Positions 45,795-56,089 of a stretch of 63,328 bases of DNA are shown here, in pieces. How positions within the stretch are numbered: position 1 is the first letter of the stretch; every line of letters starts with the position of its first letter. This DNA is from Candidatus Desantisbacteria bacterium CG1_02_38_46. GTDB lineage: Bacteria > Desantisbacteria > UBA1551 > UBA1559. The position numbers were made by a program, and so were the translations under genes. The DNA lies in assembly GCA_001871015.1 (NCBI GenBank), contig MNUO01000005.1, positions 1 to 63,328 of the forward strand. The letters run 5' to 3'. The notes under the pieces were generated by a model. That model did not search any database, had not been told where the DNA came from, and saw nothing but the letters and a program-made list of their open reading frames with translations.

Positions 45795-47351
45795 ATGGTT
45801 AAATTATATGATACGACATTAAGAGATGGGGCACAAGGGGAGGGGGTTTCATTTTCCCTCGAGGATAAATTGAAGGTTACAAAAAAACTTGACAGTCTGG
45901 GGATTCATTATATTGAGGGTGGATGGCCCGGTTCAAACCCCAAAGACATTAGTTTTTTTCAGAAAGTAAAGTCCTTGCACCTTAAAAATTCAACAATTGT
46001 CAGTTTTGGCAGCACCAGAAAACCACATAAAAAAGCAGAAGATGACCTAAATTTGCAAATGCTTATCCGCAGTGGCACAGATACCGTAACTATTTTTGGC
46101 AAATCCTGGATTCTGCATGTCAAGAATGTGCTAAAAACAACTCCAGAGGAAAATTTGAAAATGATTTCTGACTCAATTACTTTCCTAAAAACAAAGGTAA
46201 CAGAAGTTTTTTATGACGCTGAACATTTCTTTGATGGATATAAAAACAACCCTGATTATGCAATCAAAACTTTGAAGGAAGCCCAGGATGCCGGTGCTAA
46301 TCTGATTGTTCTCTGTGATACTAACGGCGGCACAATGCCAGACGAAGTTAAAAATATAATAAAGGAAGTAAGAAGAGTAATAAAAGGAGCTCTGGGCATC
46401 CATACTCATAATGATGCTGAAATGGCCGTGGCTAACACTATTGTAGCAGTGAAGGAAGGTGCTACTCAGGTCCAGGGAACAATTAACGGCTACGGTGAGA
46501 GATGCGGCAATGCTAATCTTTGCTCCATTATTCCTAATCTTAAATTCAAATTAGGTATTGACTGTCTTCCTGATAAATCACTATCAATGCTTGCCGAAGT
46601 TTCCCACTATGTTGCAGAGATAGCCAATCTTATTCCACAGGCAAACCAACCCTATGTAGGAATGAGTGCTTTCGCTCACAAGGGAGGAGTGCATATTGAT
46701 GCAATTCAAAAGCATCCTTTGAGCTATGAACACATCTCACCTGAGAAAGTCGGAAACAGACGCAGAATTCTTGTCTCGGAGCTATCCGGGAAAAGCAGCA
46801 TTCTATACAAAGCAGAAGAGCTTGGTCTTGACCTTAAGAAAGATGAAGAAAAAATAAAGAAAGTCCTGAAAACACTTAAGAATCTTGAACACCAGGGTTA
46901 TCAATTTGAAGGTGCGGAGGGTTCATTCGAACTGTTAGTGAAAAAAATTGTCGGGCGATACAAAAAAACTTTTAATCTTAAAGGCTTCAGAATTGTCGTA
47001 GAAAAACGGGATGGCAAAATGGTTTCTGAAGCAACAATCAGATTGACTGTAAAAGGTAAAGAGGAACATACAGCAGCGTTGGGCGATGGCCCGGTGAATG
47101 CACTTGACAATGCATTGCGAAAAGCTCTGGAGGAGTTCTATCCAGTGCTTAAAGAAATGCACCTGACAGATTACAAAGTTCGTATTTTAAATCCTGAAAC
47201 CGGAACAAAGGCGGTGACGCGTGTACTTATTGAATCCAGCGATAAAAAAAATACCTGGGGAACAGTGGGAGTATCAGAAAATATTATTGAAGCGTCCTGG
47301 AAGGCATTGGTAGATAGCATTGAATTTAAACTGTCGAAGGAAAAAAAATGA
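45795..47351 (+). CDS. cimA: Citramalate synthase (IPMS/homocitrate synthase family with LeuA-type regulatory domain)
   Basis: [45 protein letters not shown]; about 518 aa. Confidence 0.8.
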   Translation: MVKLYDTTLRDGAQGEGVSFSLEDKLKVTKKLDSLGIHYIEGGWPGSNPKDISFFQKVKSLHLKNSTIVSFGSTRKPHKKAEDDLNLQMLIRSGTDTVTIFGKSWILHVKNVLKTTPEENLKMISDSITFLKTKVTEVFYDAEHFFDGYKNNPDYAIKTLKEAQDAGANLIVLCDTNGGTMPDEVKNIIKEVRRVIKGALGIHTHNDAEMAVANTIVAVKEGATQVQGTINGYGERCGNANLCSIIPNLKFKLGIDCLPDKSLSMLAEVSHYVAEIANLIPQANQPYVGMSAFAHKGGVHIDAIQKHPLSYEHISPEKVGNRRRILVSELSGKSSILYKAEELGLDLKKDEEKIKKVLKTLKNLEHQGYQFEGAEGSFELLVKKIVGRYKKTFNLKGFRIVVEKRDGKMVSEATIRLTVKGKEEHTAALGDGPVNALDNALRKALEEFYPVLKEMHLTDYKVRILNPETGTKAVTRVLIESSDKKNTWGTVGVSENIIEASWKALVDSIEFKLSKEKK

Positions 47352-47427
47352 AAGATTGAAATACAATCCTGCTATGAACTATTTTTCGAGTAAAAATAGT
47401 GTCTGTCCCTATTTTGGGGAGGAAGAA

Positions 47428-50400
47428 ATGGCTGAAAATATCAAAAAGGGATTCAAGAACCCTGGAAAGGAATTCAGGGGAGCACCATTCTGGTCCTGGA
47501 ACGATGACCTGGAGGATAAGGAACTGGTCAGGCAGATTAAGGAGATGGACGAAAAAGGGTGGGGTGGATTCTTTATGCATTCCCGCATAGGGCTTATTAC
47601 TCCCTATCTTTCAAAAGAATGGATGGATAGAATAAAAACCTGCGTGCGCGAGGCAAAAAAGAGAGGAATGAGTGCGTGGCTTTATGATGAAGACCGCTGG
47701 CCAAGCGGATTTGCTGGCGGAATTGTTCCTGCAAAAGGACAGGAATACCGTATAAAAGGGCTGGAGTGTACTATTGTCCAAACGGATCCCCCTGGGAAAG
47801 GAGAACAGGTAAGCGCAAAAATGATTTATGATAGGAACAGTCCATGGTATAACAATTATTCGTATCCGGACACAATGAATCCAAAGGCAGTGAATGCTTT
47901 CATAGAAAGTACCTACGAAGCATATTACAAAGAAGTAGGTAGCGAGTTTGGGAAATCAGTACCCGGTATTTTTACTGATGAACCAAATTACTTCCGATTT
48001 CAACCATTTAGACTGCTTGATGAAAAGAAGAAGGTTTGTATAATTCCCTGGACAGATGATTTTCCTAAATACTTCCACGGGAAAAAGGGATATGAAATAA
48101 TGGAAAAACTTCCTTTGCTCTTCATTGAAAAAGAAGGTTTTGAAAAGGTGCGATACGATTACTGGGAGACTGCTACAGACCTTTTTCTTGAGGTTTATTC
48201 AAAAGGTCTTTATGGCTGGTGCGAGGAACACAATTTGCGTTACACTGGACATTATTTGTGTGAAGATACTTTTAATAGTCAGATTCTTTGCATTGGAGCA
48301 GCAATGCCACATTATGAATATATGCATGTGCCTGGGATTGACCACCTCTGTCGTAATATAGGAAATATTATGACGCCAAAACAATGTTCAAGCGTTGCGC
48401 ATCAACTCGGTAAGGAGAGGGTGCTCTCTGAAACCTATGGTTGTAGTGGGCAGAATTTTTCATTTGTTGGCAGGAAGTGGATAGGGGACTGGGAGTTTGT
48501 GTTAGGAATTAATTTTTTAAATCATCACCTTTCTCTTTATTCAATGAAGGGGTGTCGCAAGCGCGATTATCCACCAAATATTTATTACCAGCAACCCTGG
48601 TGGAAATACAATAATGTAATAGAAGATTATTTCACACGGCTCTCTTATATACTTACAAGAGGAAAACACAAATGTGATATTCTGGTTATTCATACCATCG
48701 GGAGTGCATGGGCAGCATATAAAAGTTCAGATACAAAAACCTGCGACGATTTCAGTGATGCTTTTGACCGATTAAGTCTGGATTTATGTGCAATTCAAAG
48801 AGATTATGACTATGGAGATGAAAAACTTATGGAGAAGTATGCCAGACTTGCCTGGGTAGAAGTGCAGGGAGAAGGTACATTTAAAAAAAGGCTACCAAGA
48901 ATTCAGGTGGGTGAATCTGTATATGAAGTTGTTATAATTCCTCCTGCATTGACATTAAGAAAAAATACCTTCAGGTTGCTCAAAAATTTTGTAGATGCTG
49001 GAGGTAAAGTTGTTGCAGTTGAACCCATTCCTACAATGGTAGATTGCCAGGATTCTTCTGATTTAAAGGAGTTTATTAGCAGTATTAAAGTAATTCCAGC
49101 TAACAGAGACAGTATTAAAGTAGTATTAGATGAAATATTGGAGCCGCAAGTAATACTTACTAACAGGAAAAAAGCAGGGGTTTCGGCTATTTATTACCAG
49201 TACAGAGTTGCAGGTGATAGAGATATCTATTTCTTTTGCAATACTGACCAGGAAAAGGAGTACAACACTGTAGTAAAACTAAAATCATCAGGAAAAGTTG
49301 AGGAGTGGGATTTGTTTACTGGTAATATCAGGGAAATTCCCTTTCAGAAAAGTAGCGGCCCCACCGCTTGTCTGCAACAAGCAGACGGCGGGGCAAGTAA
49401 AGGTAAGCACATTCAGATTGAACTGAATTTTCCTCCTGCCGGTTCCCATCTTATTACCATAGAAAGAGGTAAGACTTCTTTGAAACAAATTTTAGAGAAG
49501 ATAATTCCACATTTAGACAGAAAGATAAAAGAAACAAAAATCAGATTTAGTGACGAATGGGGATACGAAAGAAAAGATGTGAACGCCCTTACTCTGGATT
49601 ACTGCAGATACAGGATTGGCAATGAAACAAAATGGAGTGGTATGACTCCAATCTGGAAGGTGCAGAGGATGGCAGAAGAAAAAATCAATCAGAAAGAATG
49701 TAGCACTGCGATTTATCGCACAAATACTCAAAAAGTCAAAGTTGAAATGCAACTAAATTTCCAGATAGACTATGAATTGCAGGAAAAATCAAGGATATTC
49801 CTGGTGCTGGAAAATCCAACAATTTATAAAATAAAGATAAATGGCAAGACCGTAGATTATCAGGATATTGGATACTGGCTGGACATTTCCTTCAAAAAAA
49901 TTAACATCCTGCCTTTTGTAAAAAAGGGTGAAAATATAATTGAATTATCCTGTCAGTTTAAGAGTCCAATGAAACCCAATACGATGATTTATGTAAAAGA
50001 TGGTGTAGAACTTGAATCCTGTTATATTGTTGGTGACTTCGGAGTAGAACACAGAGACCGCAAGGAGTTTAAACTAATTCCAGAAAGAGAAAAATTATTG
50101 ACTGGTGATTTAGTTGACCAGGGTTATCCGTTCTTTACCGGAACCATTGCGCTGAGCCAGACAGTAAATATAAATAAGGAAAAGGGCAGGAGATATAATT
50201 TTGAATTTAACAGGTTAAATGCAATTGTTACACATGTGTTTATAAACGGCAAATCTGCCGGTTTAATGATTTTTCCTCCTTTTAAATTGGATGTGACAAA
50301 TTTACTTAAGAATGGGGAGAATAAAATTACCCTTGAACTGGTTCACAGCTTGCACAATCTGTTAGGTCCGCATCACAAACAAGGGGAATTGCTCAGCGTT

Positions 50401-50487
50401 GGCCCAGGAGATTTCACTGACGAAGGTGGTTGGAGTGGCGCAAACTGGCACAATGATTACTTTTTTGTAAAATATGGCATTGAATAA
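47428..50487 (+). CDS. Large glycoside-hydrolase-like protein
   Basis: FRGAPFWSWNDDL...GWGGFFMHSR...WLYDEDRWPSGFAGG N-terminal pattern, as seen in glycosyl-hydrolase-like proteins. ATG behind GGGGAGGAAG. The ORF opens at 47320. Confidence 0.55.
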   Translation: MAENIKKGFKNPGKEFRGAPFWSWNDDLEDKELVRQIKEMDEKGWGGFFMHSRIGLITPYLSKEWMDRIKTCVREAKKRGMSAWLYDEDRWPSGFAGGIVPAKGQEYRIKGLECTIVQTDPPGKGEQVSAKMIYDRNSPWYNNYSYPDTMNPKAVNAFIESTYEAYYKEVGSEFGKSVPGIFTDEPNYFRFQPFRLLDEKKKVCIIPWTDDFPKYFHGKKGYEIMEKLPLLFIEKEGFEKVRYDYWETATDLFLEVYSKGLYGWCEEHNLRYTGHYLCEDTFNSQILCIGAAMPHYEYMHVPGIDHLCRNIGNIMTPKQCSSVAHQLGKERVLSETYGCSGQNFSFVGRKWIGDWEFVLGINFLNHHLSLYSMKGCRKRDYPPNIYYQQPWWKYNNVIEDYFTRLSYILTRGKHKCDILVIHTIGSAWAAYKSSDTKTCDDFSDAFDRLSLDLCAIQRDYDYGDEKLMEKYARLAWVEVQGEGTFKKRLPRIQVGESVYEVVIIPPALTLRKNTFRLLKNFVDAGGKVVAVEPIPTMVDCQDSSDLKEFISSIKVIPANRDSIKVVLDEILEPQVILTNRKKAGVSAIYYQYRVAGDRDIYFFCNTDQEKEYNTVVKLKSSGKVEEWDLFTGNIREIPFQKSSGPTACLQQADGGASKGKHIQIELNFPPAGSHLITIERGKTSLKQILEKIIPHLDRKIKETKIRFSDEWGYERKDVNALTLDYCRYRIGNETKWSGMTPIWKVQRMAEEKINQKECSTAIYRTNTQKVKVEMQLNFQIDYELQEKSRIFLVLENPTIYKIKINGKTVDYQDIGYWLDISFKKINILPFVKKGENIIELSCQFKSPMKPNTMIYVKDGVELESCYIVGDFGVEHRDRKEFKLIPEREKLLTGDLVDQGYPFFTGTIALSQTVNINKEKGRRYNFEFNRLNAIVTHVFINGKSAGLMIFPPFKLDVTNLLKNGENKITLELVHSLHNLLGPHHKQGELLSVGPGDFTDEGGWSGANWHNDYFFVKYGIE

Positions 50488-51646
50488 AGAAATTTTCTTT
50501 TATGTTGCTTCATTTCTTGCAGATGTGGGAATAGGTATATTAATTATAGCAGTTCCCCTTGTAGCTATAAAAACAGGCGCAAGTCCTTTTGCATTAGGGC
50601 TTATTGGTTTTTTCTTTTCTCTTTTCTATTTTTCTCTTTCTTACTTATTTGGACGAGTTGCAGACAAGAAAGGTTCGTTTGCCCTTACAATTACAGGATG
50701 CGTTATTGTTTTATTTGTGTCACCTATTTTTCTTTTTTCAGTTCCCATTGTCTATATTTTTGTCCTTATGGGATTAATGGGAGCTGGAATGGCAATGTTC
50801 TGGTCTCCCATTGAAGCATGGATTGCAAAAGTATCGGATAATTTACCTAAGTCATTGGGATACTTCAATATTTCCTGGTGTGCAGGTATTTCGGTAGGCT
50901 CTCTTATGGGTGGAGTTCTTTTTGAAATAAATTGGCGCCTTCCTTTCATATTTACTGCATTATTCTCTTTGATTACAATATTTTTCTTATATTATTGTCC
51001 CAGGGCTTTATTGACGCCCATTCTTCAGAATGTAATAGAAAAAAAGACGGATAAACTTGAGAATCCTTTTATTTTAGTTGCATGGATTGGAAATTTCATC
51101 GCCTGGTTCGGCATTGGAACAATAAGGTATTTATTTCCTAAACTCGCTGTAAGTTTAGGTATTACGCCTTTTATCCTTGGTGTATTAATGTTTCTTCTGA
51201 CTGGAATTCAGGCTTTTATTTCATACGTATTGGGGCGTATTTCTAAATGGCACGATCGTTTTAATTTTCTTATTTTTGCGCAGATATTAATGGGCATTGG
51301 TTTTCTAATTCCCTATTTCGCAAGTTCTACTTTAATGTTTTTTTGTGCATTTACGCTGATAGGTGTTGGAATAGGCGTTGTTTATTTTTTCAGTATTTAT
51401 TATAGTCTTGCAGCAGGACATTCCATGGGTGAGAGGGGTGGAGTACATGAAGCACTGGTGGGATTGGGAGGATTGGTTGGTCCATTAATGGGAGGTATAG
51501 TCGCTCAGAATTTTAATATCAGAGCGCCCTTTTTATTGTGCACTATGATGATGTTAGGCGGAATAGTCATTGAAAAAATTATTATGAAAAATAGGGACAG
51601 CGACCATTTTATAATGGACGAGCAGAAAACTGCAAATATTTCTTGA
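50474..51646 (+). CDS. MFS-type transporter
   Basis: About 12 hydrophobic helices and a GRVADKKG loop motif. Overlaps the end of the hydrolase-like gene. Confidence 0.7.
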   Translation: MALNKEIFFYVASFLADVGIGILIIAVPLVAIKTGASPFALGLIGFFFSLFYFSLSYLFGRVADKKGSFALTITGCVIVLFVSPIFLFSVPIVYIFVLMGLMGAGMAMFWSPIEAWIAKVSDNLPKSLGYFNISWCAGISVGSLMGGVLFEINWRLPFIFTALFSLITIFFLYYCPRALLTPILQNVIEKKTDKLENPFILVAWIGNFIAWFGIGTIRYLFPKLAVSLGITPFILGVLMFLLTGIQAFISYVLGRISKWHDRFNFLIFAQILMGIGFLIPYFASSTLMFFCAFTLIGVGIGVVYFFSIYYSLAAGHSMGERGGVHEALVGLGGLVGPLMGGIVAQNFNIRAPFLLCTMMMLGGIVIEKIIMKNRDSDHFIMDEQKTANIS

Positions 51647-51671
51647 CTTTTCCGACGAAGTGTGATATAAT
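51643..51671 (+). promoter_or_regulatory. Near-consensus sigma-70-type promoter (TTGACT-17 nt-TATAAT)
   Basis: TTGACT at 51643-51648 (overlapping the MFS stop), TATAAT at 51666-51671, 17-nt spacer, 50 nt upstream of the HEPN gene. Confidence 0.6.
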
Positions 51672-51721
51672 TATAATAAATCAAGCCTCTACAATTTGAT
51701 GTTAGCTAAATAGTTACAAAT

Positions 51722-52114
51722 ATGAAATTTGATATAGAAAAAACAATATCTTATTGGCTTGAAGGATCAAAGTATGACTTGAGTGTTGCCGAAGCTCTCT
51801 ATGAAAAAGAGAAATATCCTTACGCTTTATTTATTGGACACCTATCATTGGAGAAATTATTAAAAGCACTTGTTGTTAAAGAGACTAAAAACCATGCACC
51901 AATTACTCATTCTCTTCCCTTGCTTGCAGAAAAGACGGGGTTAGAAATTCCAGAATCGATCACTATTAAACTTAGAAAATTTATGGAATTTTACTTTGAA
52001 CCCAGATACCCCAGAGAACGAAAAACTTTCTATATTAAATGTACCAAAAAATATACAAAAGAAAAATTAGATGAAATTAAGGAAGTGTACAAATGGTTAA
52101 AAAAAAAGTTATAA
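51722..52114 (+). CDS. HEPN-domain protein
   Basis: Size and helical pattern (WLEGSKYDLSVAEALYEKEKYPYALFIGHLSLEKLLKAL ... HSL..LAE) are typical of HEPN partners of minimal nucleotidyltransferases. Confidence 0.65.
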   Translation: MKFDIEKTISYWLEGSKYDLSVAEALYEKEKYPYALFIGHLSLEKLLKALVVKETKNHAPITHSLPLLAEKTGLEIPESITIKLRKFMEFYFEPRYPRERKTFYIKCTKKYTKEKLDEIKEVYKWLKKKL

Positions 52115-52413
52115 AAATCATAAAAGAGTTTGTAGGAGCAGTCAAAAAAGAAGGGATTAGGGTAGACAAAGTAATACTTTATGGTTCATATGCCAAGGGG
52201 AAAGAAAGAGAAGACAGTGATATCGATGTGGCTATTATCTCAAAAGATTTTGGGAAAGATACAGTAGAAGAGGGAGAGAAATTATTTGTAATTGCGGGAG
52301 ATGTTAATCCCCGTATAGAACCTCTTCCTATTTCTTTTAATTCTTACAAAAAAGACCTCTGGGTTCCCCTTATTTATGAAATTCGTAAAAAAGGAGTAGA
52401 GTTATTAGTATAA
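52093..52413 (+). CDS. Minimal nucleotidyltransferase (MNT)
   Basis: ILYGSYAKGKEREDSDIDVAIIS (GS-x10-DxD). 22-nt overlap with the HEPN gene. Confidence 0.75.
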   Translation: MVKKKVIKIIKEFVGAVKKEGIRVDKVILYGSYAKGKEREDSDIDVAIISKDFGKDTVEEGEKLFVIAGDVNPRIEPLPISFNSYKKDLWVPLIYEIRKKGVELLV

Positions 52414-52521
52414 AATACGGGATGCCGCATTAAAAAATCGGAAATGGGGACGGGTACCAACCGGGGTACCCACCCGGAGGGTGGGTCGGGTAAGGATGGG
52501 GTAAATCGAAAGGAGAAATGG

Positions 52522-53412
52522 ATGAAGAAATTTTTAGTTGCTGTAGTGGTTATGGGGTTGAGTTTTTGTATTTATACAGGGGCAGTGGACGCAGCCGGGG
52601 CAAAATCAGGGAGTAAAACAAAAGAGAAAGTTGAGCCATGGGTTGCGAAAATTAATAATAAAGTAATAACCCTTGAGGAGTTCAATGGCAAATGGGACAG
52701 TATTCCTCCTCAGTATAAATACCAATACGGGTTATTTGGAGAAGATGGAAAAGAAAAATTGCTGGACACACTTATCAAAAATGAACTATTATACCAGGAA
52801 GCAGTTAGAAGGAAATTGGATAAGAAGGACGATGTTCGTCAGAGGGTTGAAGATTTAAAAAGACAGGTTATCGCTGAGGAACTTTTACGGGAGGAAATGA
52901 AAAAAATTGAAGTTAATGACACGGATGCAATTAACTATTACAATATGCATAGTGAAGAATTCGGTGAACCAGAAAAAGTCAGAGTGCGACATATACTTGC
53001 AAAAAGTGAAACAGAAGCACAATCTATAGCAGAAAAATTGAGCAAAGGAGAAGATTTTGCTAAATTAGCCCAGGAATATTCCATTGACCCTGGCACAAAA
53101 GATAAAGGTGGCGAACTTGGTTTTTTTGGCAGGGGACAGATGGTGCCTGAGTTTGAAGAAGCAGCATTTGCGTTGAAAATAGGTGAGAGAAGCAAACCTG
53201 TAAGCACGCCATATGGGTTCCATATCATTGAACTTGAAGAAAGGAAAGAGTCCACCAAAAAAACATATGAAGAAGTAAAAGAAGAAGCAAGGAATGCGAT
53301 ACTGCAGGAAAAACAGAGAAATCAGTTTGAAAAAATAATTAATACTCTCTACGGTTCGGCAAAAATTGAAAAGAAGATGGAATTATTGAAAACAGAGGAG
53401 AAGAAAAAGTGA
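52522..53412 (+). CDS. Parvulin-type peptidyl-prolyl isomerase (PrsA/SurA-like)
   Basis: ATG behind AAAGGAG with a signal peptide. Rotamase block VRHILAK...GGELGFFGRGQMVPEFEEAAF...TPYGFHII. The ORF opens at 52444 in a GC-rich leader. Confidence 0.8.
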   Translation: MKKFLVAVVVMGLSFCIYTGAVDAAGAKSGSKTKEKVEPWVAKINNKVITLEEFNGKWDSIPPQYKYQYGLFGEDGKEKLLDTLIKNELLYQEAVRRKLDKKDDVRQRVEDLKRQVIAEELLREEMKKIEVNDTDAINYYNMHSEEFGEPEKVRVRHILAKSETEAQSIAEKLSKGEDFAKLAQEYSIDPGTKDKGGELGFFGRGQMVPEFEEAAFALKIGERSKPVSTPYGFHIIELEERKESTKKTYEEVKEEARNAILQEKQRNQFEKIINTLYGSAKIEKKMELLKTEEKKK

Positions 53413-54035
53413 AAAAGACTATTATTTTTATGTCTTTTGTATTTTGTCTTCTGTCATTTGTTATCTGTCATCTGGCATCTGGCGAAGCAAATGTAATAGA
53501 GCGTATTGTTGTCAGGGTGAATGATGAAGTGATATTTCAAAGTGAATTTGAAGATTATGTGCGGATTGTTCGGGCCCAGACAGGTCTTACGGAAAAGGGG
53601 GATGAAGTAAAAAAGAAAATACTGGACCAGTTGATTGAAGAAAAAATTTTCCTGCAAGAAATTGAAAAAGAAGGGATAGAGGTAGAAGAAGACGAAATAA
53701 AAATAGCACTTCAGAACCTGAAGGATAAATTTCCTACAAAGGAGGAATTCAACAGAGAACTAATAAAACAGGGGCTTACAGTAATTGAATTGCAGGATAA
53801 CCTGAGGAAACAATTGAAAATTCTAAAATTGATTGAGAAAAATGTGAAGAGAAAAATTCAGGTGACAAGCAAAGAAGTGAAGGAATATTATTTTCAACAA
53901 AAGGATAAAATTAAAAAGAGCGAGGAGGAAGCAGGAGACGAAATAAGAAATTTACTTTTCGATAGAAAGTTTAATGACATTTTTACGAAGTGGGTGGAGA
54001 AATTAAAGAAGGATGCAGTCATCGAGATTAAATAA
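53409..54035 (+). CDS. SurA N-terminal-domain chaperone-like protein
   Basis: Signal peptide, then IERIVVRVNDEVIFQSEFED... helical chaperone-like module. No rotamase domain. Confidence 0.6.
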   Translation: MKKTIIFMSFVFCLLSFVICHLASGEANVIERIVVRVNDEVIFQSEFEDYVRIVRAQTGLTEKGDEVKKKILDQLIEEKIFLQEIEKEGIEVEEDEIKIALQNLKDKFPTKEEFNRELIKQGLTVIELQDNLRKQLKILKLIEKNVKRKIQVTSKEVKEYYFQQKDKIKKSEEEAGDEIRNLLFDRKFNDIFTKWVEKLKKDAVIEIK

Positions 54036-54052
54036 GGAAGGTAACAGTCAGA

Positions 54053-55054
54053 ATGGAAAAACCAATAATTGGTATTACAATGGGTGATGCTGCTGGCATA
54101 GGTCCGGAGGTAATTGCCAGAGCTATGTCTGATAGAACAATTTACAAGGTTTGTTGTCCACTTGTTATTGGTAATCCCCAGGTTATGGAAGAAGCATTTA
54201 AGATAGTCAAGAAAAAAGGGAAAGTCCACTCCATTAAAAAAATACCTGATGCACAATTTCGATATAATAATATAGATGTATTAGTTTTACCAGATGCAAA
54301 AATAGACAACCTCGTAAAGGGACAAATTAACATTTCAGCAGCCAGGGCATCAGTTTTTTATATAAAAGAGGCGACCACGCTTGCCATGAAGAAGGATTTG
54401 TCTGCGATAGTCACAGGTCCTATAAATAAAATGGCGATAAGGAAAGCTGGTTTCTATTTTGATGGACATACTGAGTTCCTCGCACAGATGACAAATACCC
54501 GGCGATATGCAATGATGTTTATAGGAGGAGGTCTTTATGTGGTGCTTGTGACTACACATCTTCCTCTTAAGAGGATAGGAAACTTTATCATACGGGAAAA
54601 AGTGCTGAAGATTATAAAATTGACCAGTGAAATTATGGAAACATATTTTAAAATTAAAAATCCCAAAATTGGTGTTGGGGGATTGAACCCACATGCTGGA
54701 GAATCAGGTGTATTCGGACAGGAGGAAATCAAGGAAATTACACCTGCTATAAATGAGGCAAGAGAGAAAGGCATAAATGCAGTGGGACCTATTTCTCCTG
54801 ATATACTTTTTTTTAAAGCAAAGAAGAAAGAATTTGATGTCGTGATTGCAATGTATCATGACCAGGGATTGATTCCCATAAAGATGATAGATTTTGAAAA
54901 GACGGTGAATCTTACTATAGGATTGCCGTTTATTCGAACATCGGTTGACCATGGTGTTGCATATGATATTGCTGGCAAAGGAATAGCCAGTCATCTCAGT
55001 ATGGTGCAGGCAATTAAGTTAGCGGCAAAATTGTCCACCGTGAAATTTTCTTGA
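54053..55054 (+). CDS. pdxA: 4-hydroxythreonine-4-phosphate dehydrogenase
   Basis: IGITMGDAAGIGPE, GHTEFLA, NPHAGESGVFG, YHDQGLIP, RTSVDHG. Confidence 0.92.
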   Translation: MEKPIIGITMGDAAGIGPEVIARAMSDRTIYKVCCPLVIGNPQVMEEAFKIVKKKGKVHSIKKIPDAQFRYNNIDVLVLPDAKIDNLVKGQINISAARASVFYIKEATTLAMKKDLSAIVTGPINKMAIRKAGFYFDGHTEFLAQMTNTRRYAMMFIGGGLYVVLVTTHLPLKRIGNFIIREKVLKIIKLTSEIMETYFKIKNPKIGVGGLNPHAGESGVFGQEEIKEITPAINEAREKGINAVGPISPDILFFKAKKKEFDVVIAMYHDQGLIPIKMIDFEKTVNLTIGLPFIRTSVDHGVAYDIAGKGIASHLSMVQAIKLAAKLSTVKFS

Positions 55055-55956
55055 AAAAATCCGCAGCGATGAACTCCTTACTTCAAATTACAAAGTTGCT
55101 TTTACATAAGCAGGGGATAAGAGTAAGGAAATATTTGGGACAGAATTTTCTTATTGATGAGGAAGTGTTACACAAGATAATTGAAGCTGTAAATTTATCT
55201 CCAGATGATTTTGTCCTGGAGATTGGAGCGGGACCGGGTATTTTAACAAAGGAGATTGCTAAAAGAGTAAAAAGAGTCATTGCTATTGAGCTTGACCAGA
55301 ATTTAATCAAAACATTAAGGGAAAATTTAAAGAATTACCCCGGCGTGGAAATAATAAAAGGGGATGTGCTCAGGTTGAATCTTAAATCCCTTTTTCCAGC
55401 AAATATCCCTGTTAAGATAATCGCCAATCTTCCTTATTATATTACCACTCCAATAATTATGCATCTTTTAGAGCAGAAATTCCCACCTTTTACGAGGTTA
55501 GTTATTATGGTTCAAAAGGAAGTGGGATTAAGGATTGTTGCTTCTCCCAAATCCGCAGACTCTGGAGTACTTTCAGTTATCCTGCAATACTATTCTAAAC
55601 CGGAATTAATCTCTATTGTGCCACGGAAAGCTTTTTTTCCTTCACCGAAGGTAGATTCTGCTATTGTGAGATTGACCATACGGAAAAACCCACCTGTCCA
55701 AGTAGTAAATGAAAACTTATTTTTTAAGGTAGTTAGAGCTTCTTTCAGTCATCGTCGCAAGACTCTAACAAATTCATTATTAAAGAGCCAGTTGGGACTT
55801 GATAAAGAAAAAATTACACAGTTGTTAGCAGATGCTCATATAGAGCCTGATTTGAGAGCACAATCTTTAAGTTTACAGAATTTTGCTCACCTGGCAAATA
55901 CATTGATAAAAACCACAGGGGCACAGAGACATCGATATTGTAACTCAGGACTTTAG
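55051..55956 (+). CDS. rsmA: 16S rRNA (adenine1518/1519-N6)-dimethyltransferase
   Basis: KYLGQNFLIDE, LEIGAGPGILT, ANLPYYITTPI. ATG 55069 is an alternative start. The last 6 codons and the stop lie inside a family-A repeat. Confidence 0.9.
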   Translation: MKKSAAMNSLLQITKLLLHKQGIRVRKYLGQNFLIDEEVLHKIIEAVNLSPDDFVLEIGAGPGILTKEIAKRVKRVIAIELDQNLIKTLRENLKNYPGVEIIKGDVLRLNLKSLFPANIPVKIIANLPYYITTPIIMHLLEQKFPPFTRLVIMVQKEVGLRIVASPKSADSGVLSVILQYYSKPELISIVPRKAFFPSPKVDSAIVRLTIRKNPPVQVVNENLFFKVVRASFSHRRKTLTNSLLKSQLGLDKEKITQLLADAHIEPDLRAQSLSLQNFAHLANTLIKTTGAQRHRYCNSGL

Positions 55957-56061
55957 TTTTGATATGTAACTCAGGACTTTAGTCCTGATATCAAAACTAA
56001 AGTTTTGAGTTACAACTTTCTCTATATCAAAACTAAAGTTTTGAGTTACAACTTTCTCTAT
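55940..56061. repeat. Four family-A units, including a 36-nt direct duplication
   Basis: Forward units at 55940 and 55966; reverse units at 55990 and 56026. ATCAAAACTAAAGTTTTGAGTTACAACTTTCTCTAT occurs twice in tandem (55990-56025, 56026-56061). Confidence 0.95.
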
Positions 56062-56089
56062 GACTCCGTGGTTATGCGGGAGGTATTTC

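Noticed and set aside
52447-52500. tRNA or other small RNA gene in the GC-rich patch
   Set aside because: No cloverleaf, no T-loop GTTCRANYC and no acceptor pairing is visible. I treat it as an mRNA leader structure instead.
52444-52521. N-terminal extension MGTGTNRGTHPEGGSGKDGVNRKEKW of the parvulin gene
   Set aside because: It is a translation of the GC-rich structured leader. AAAGGAG plus ATG 52522 immediately precede a signal peptide.
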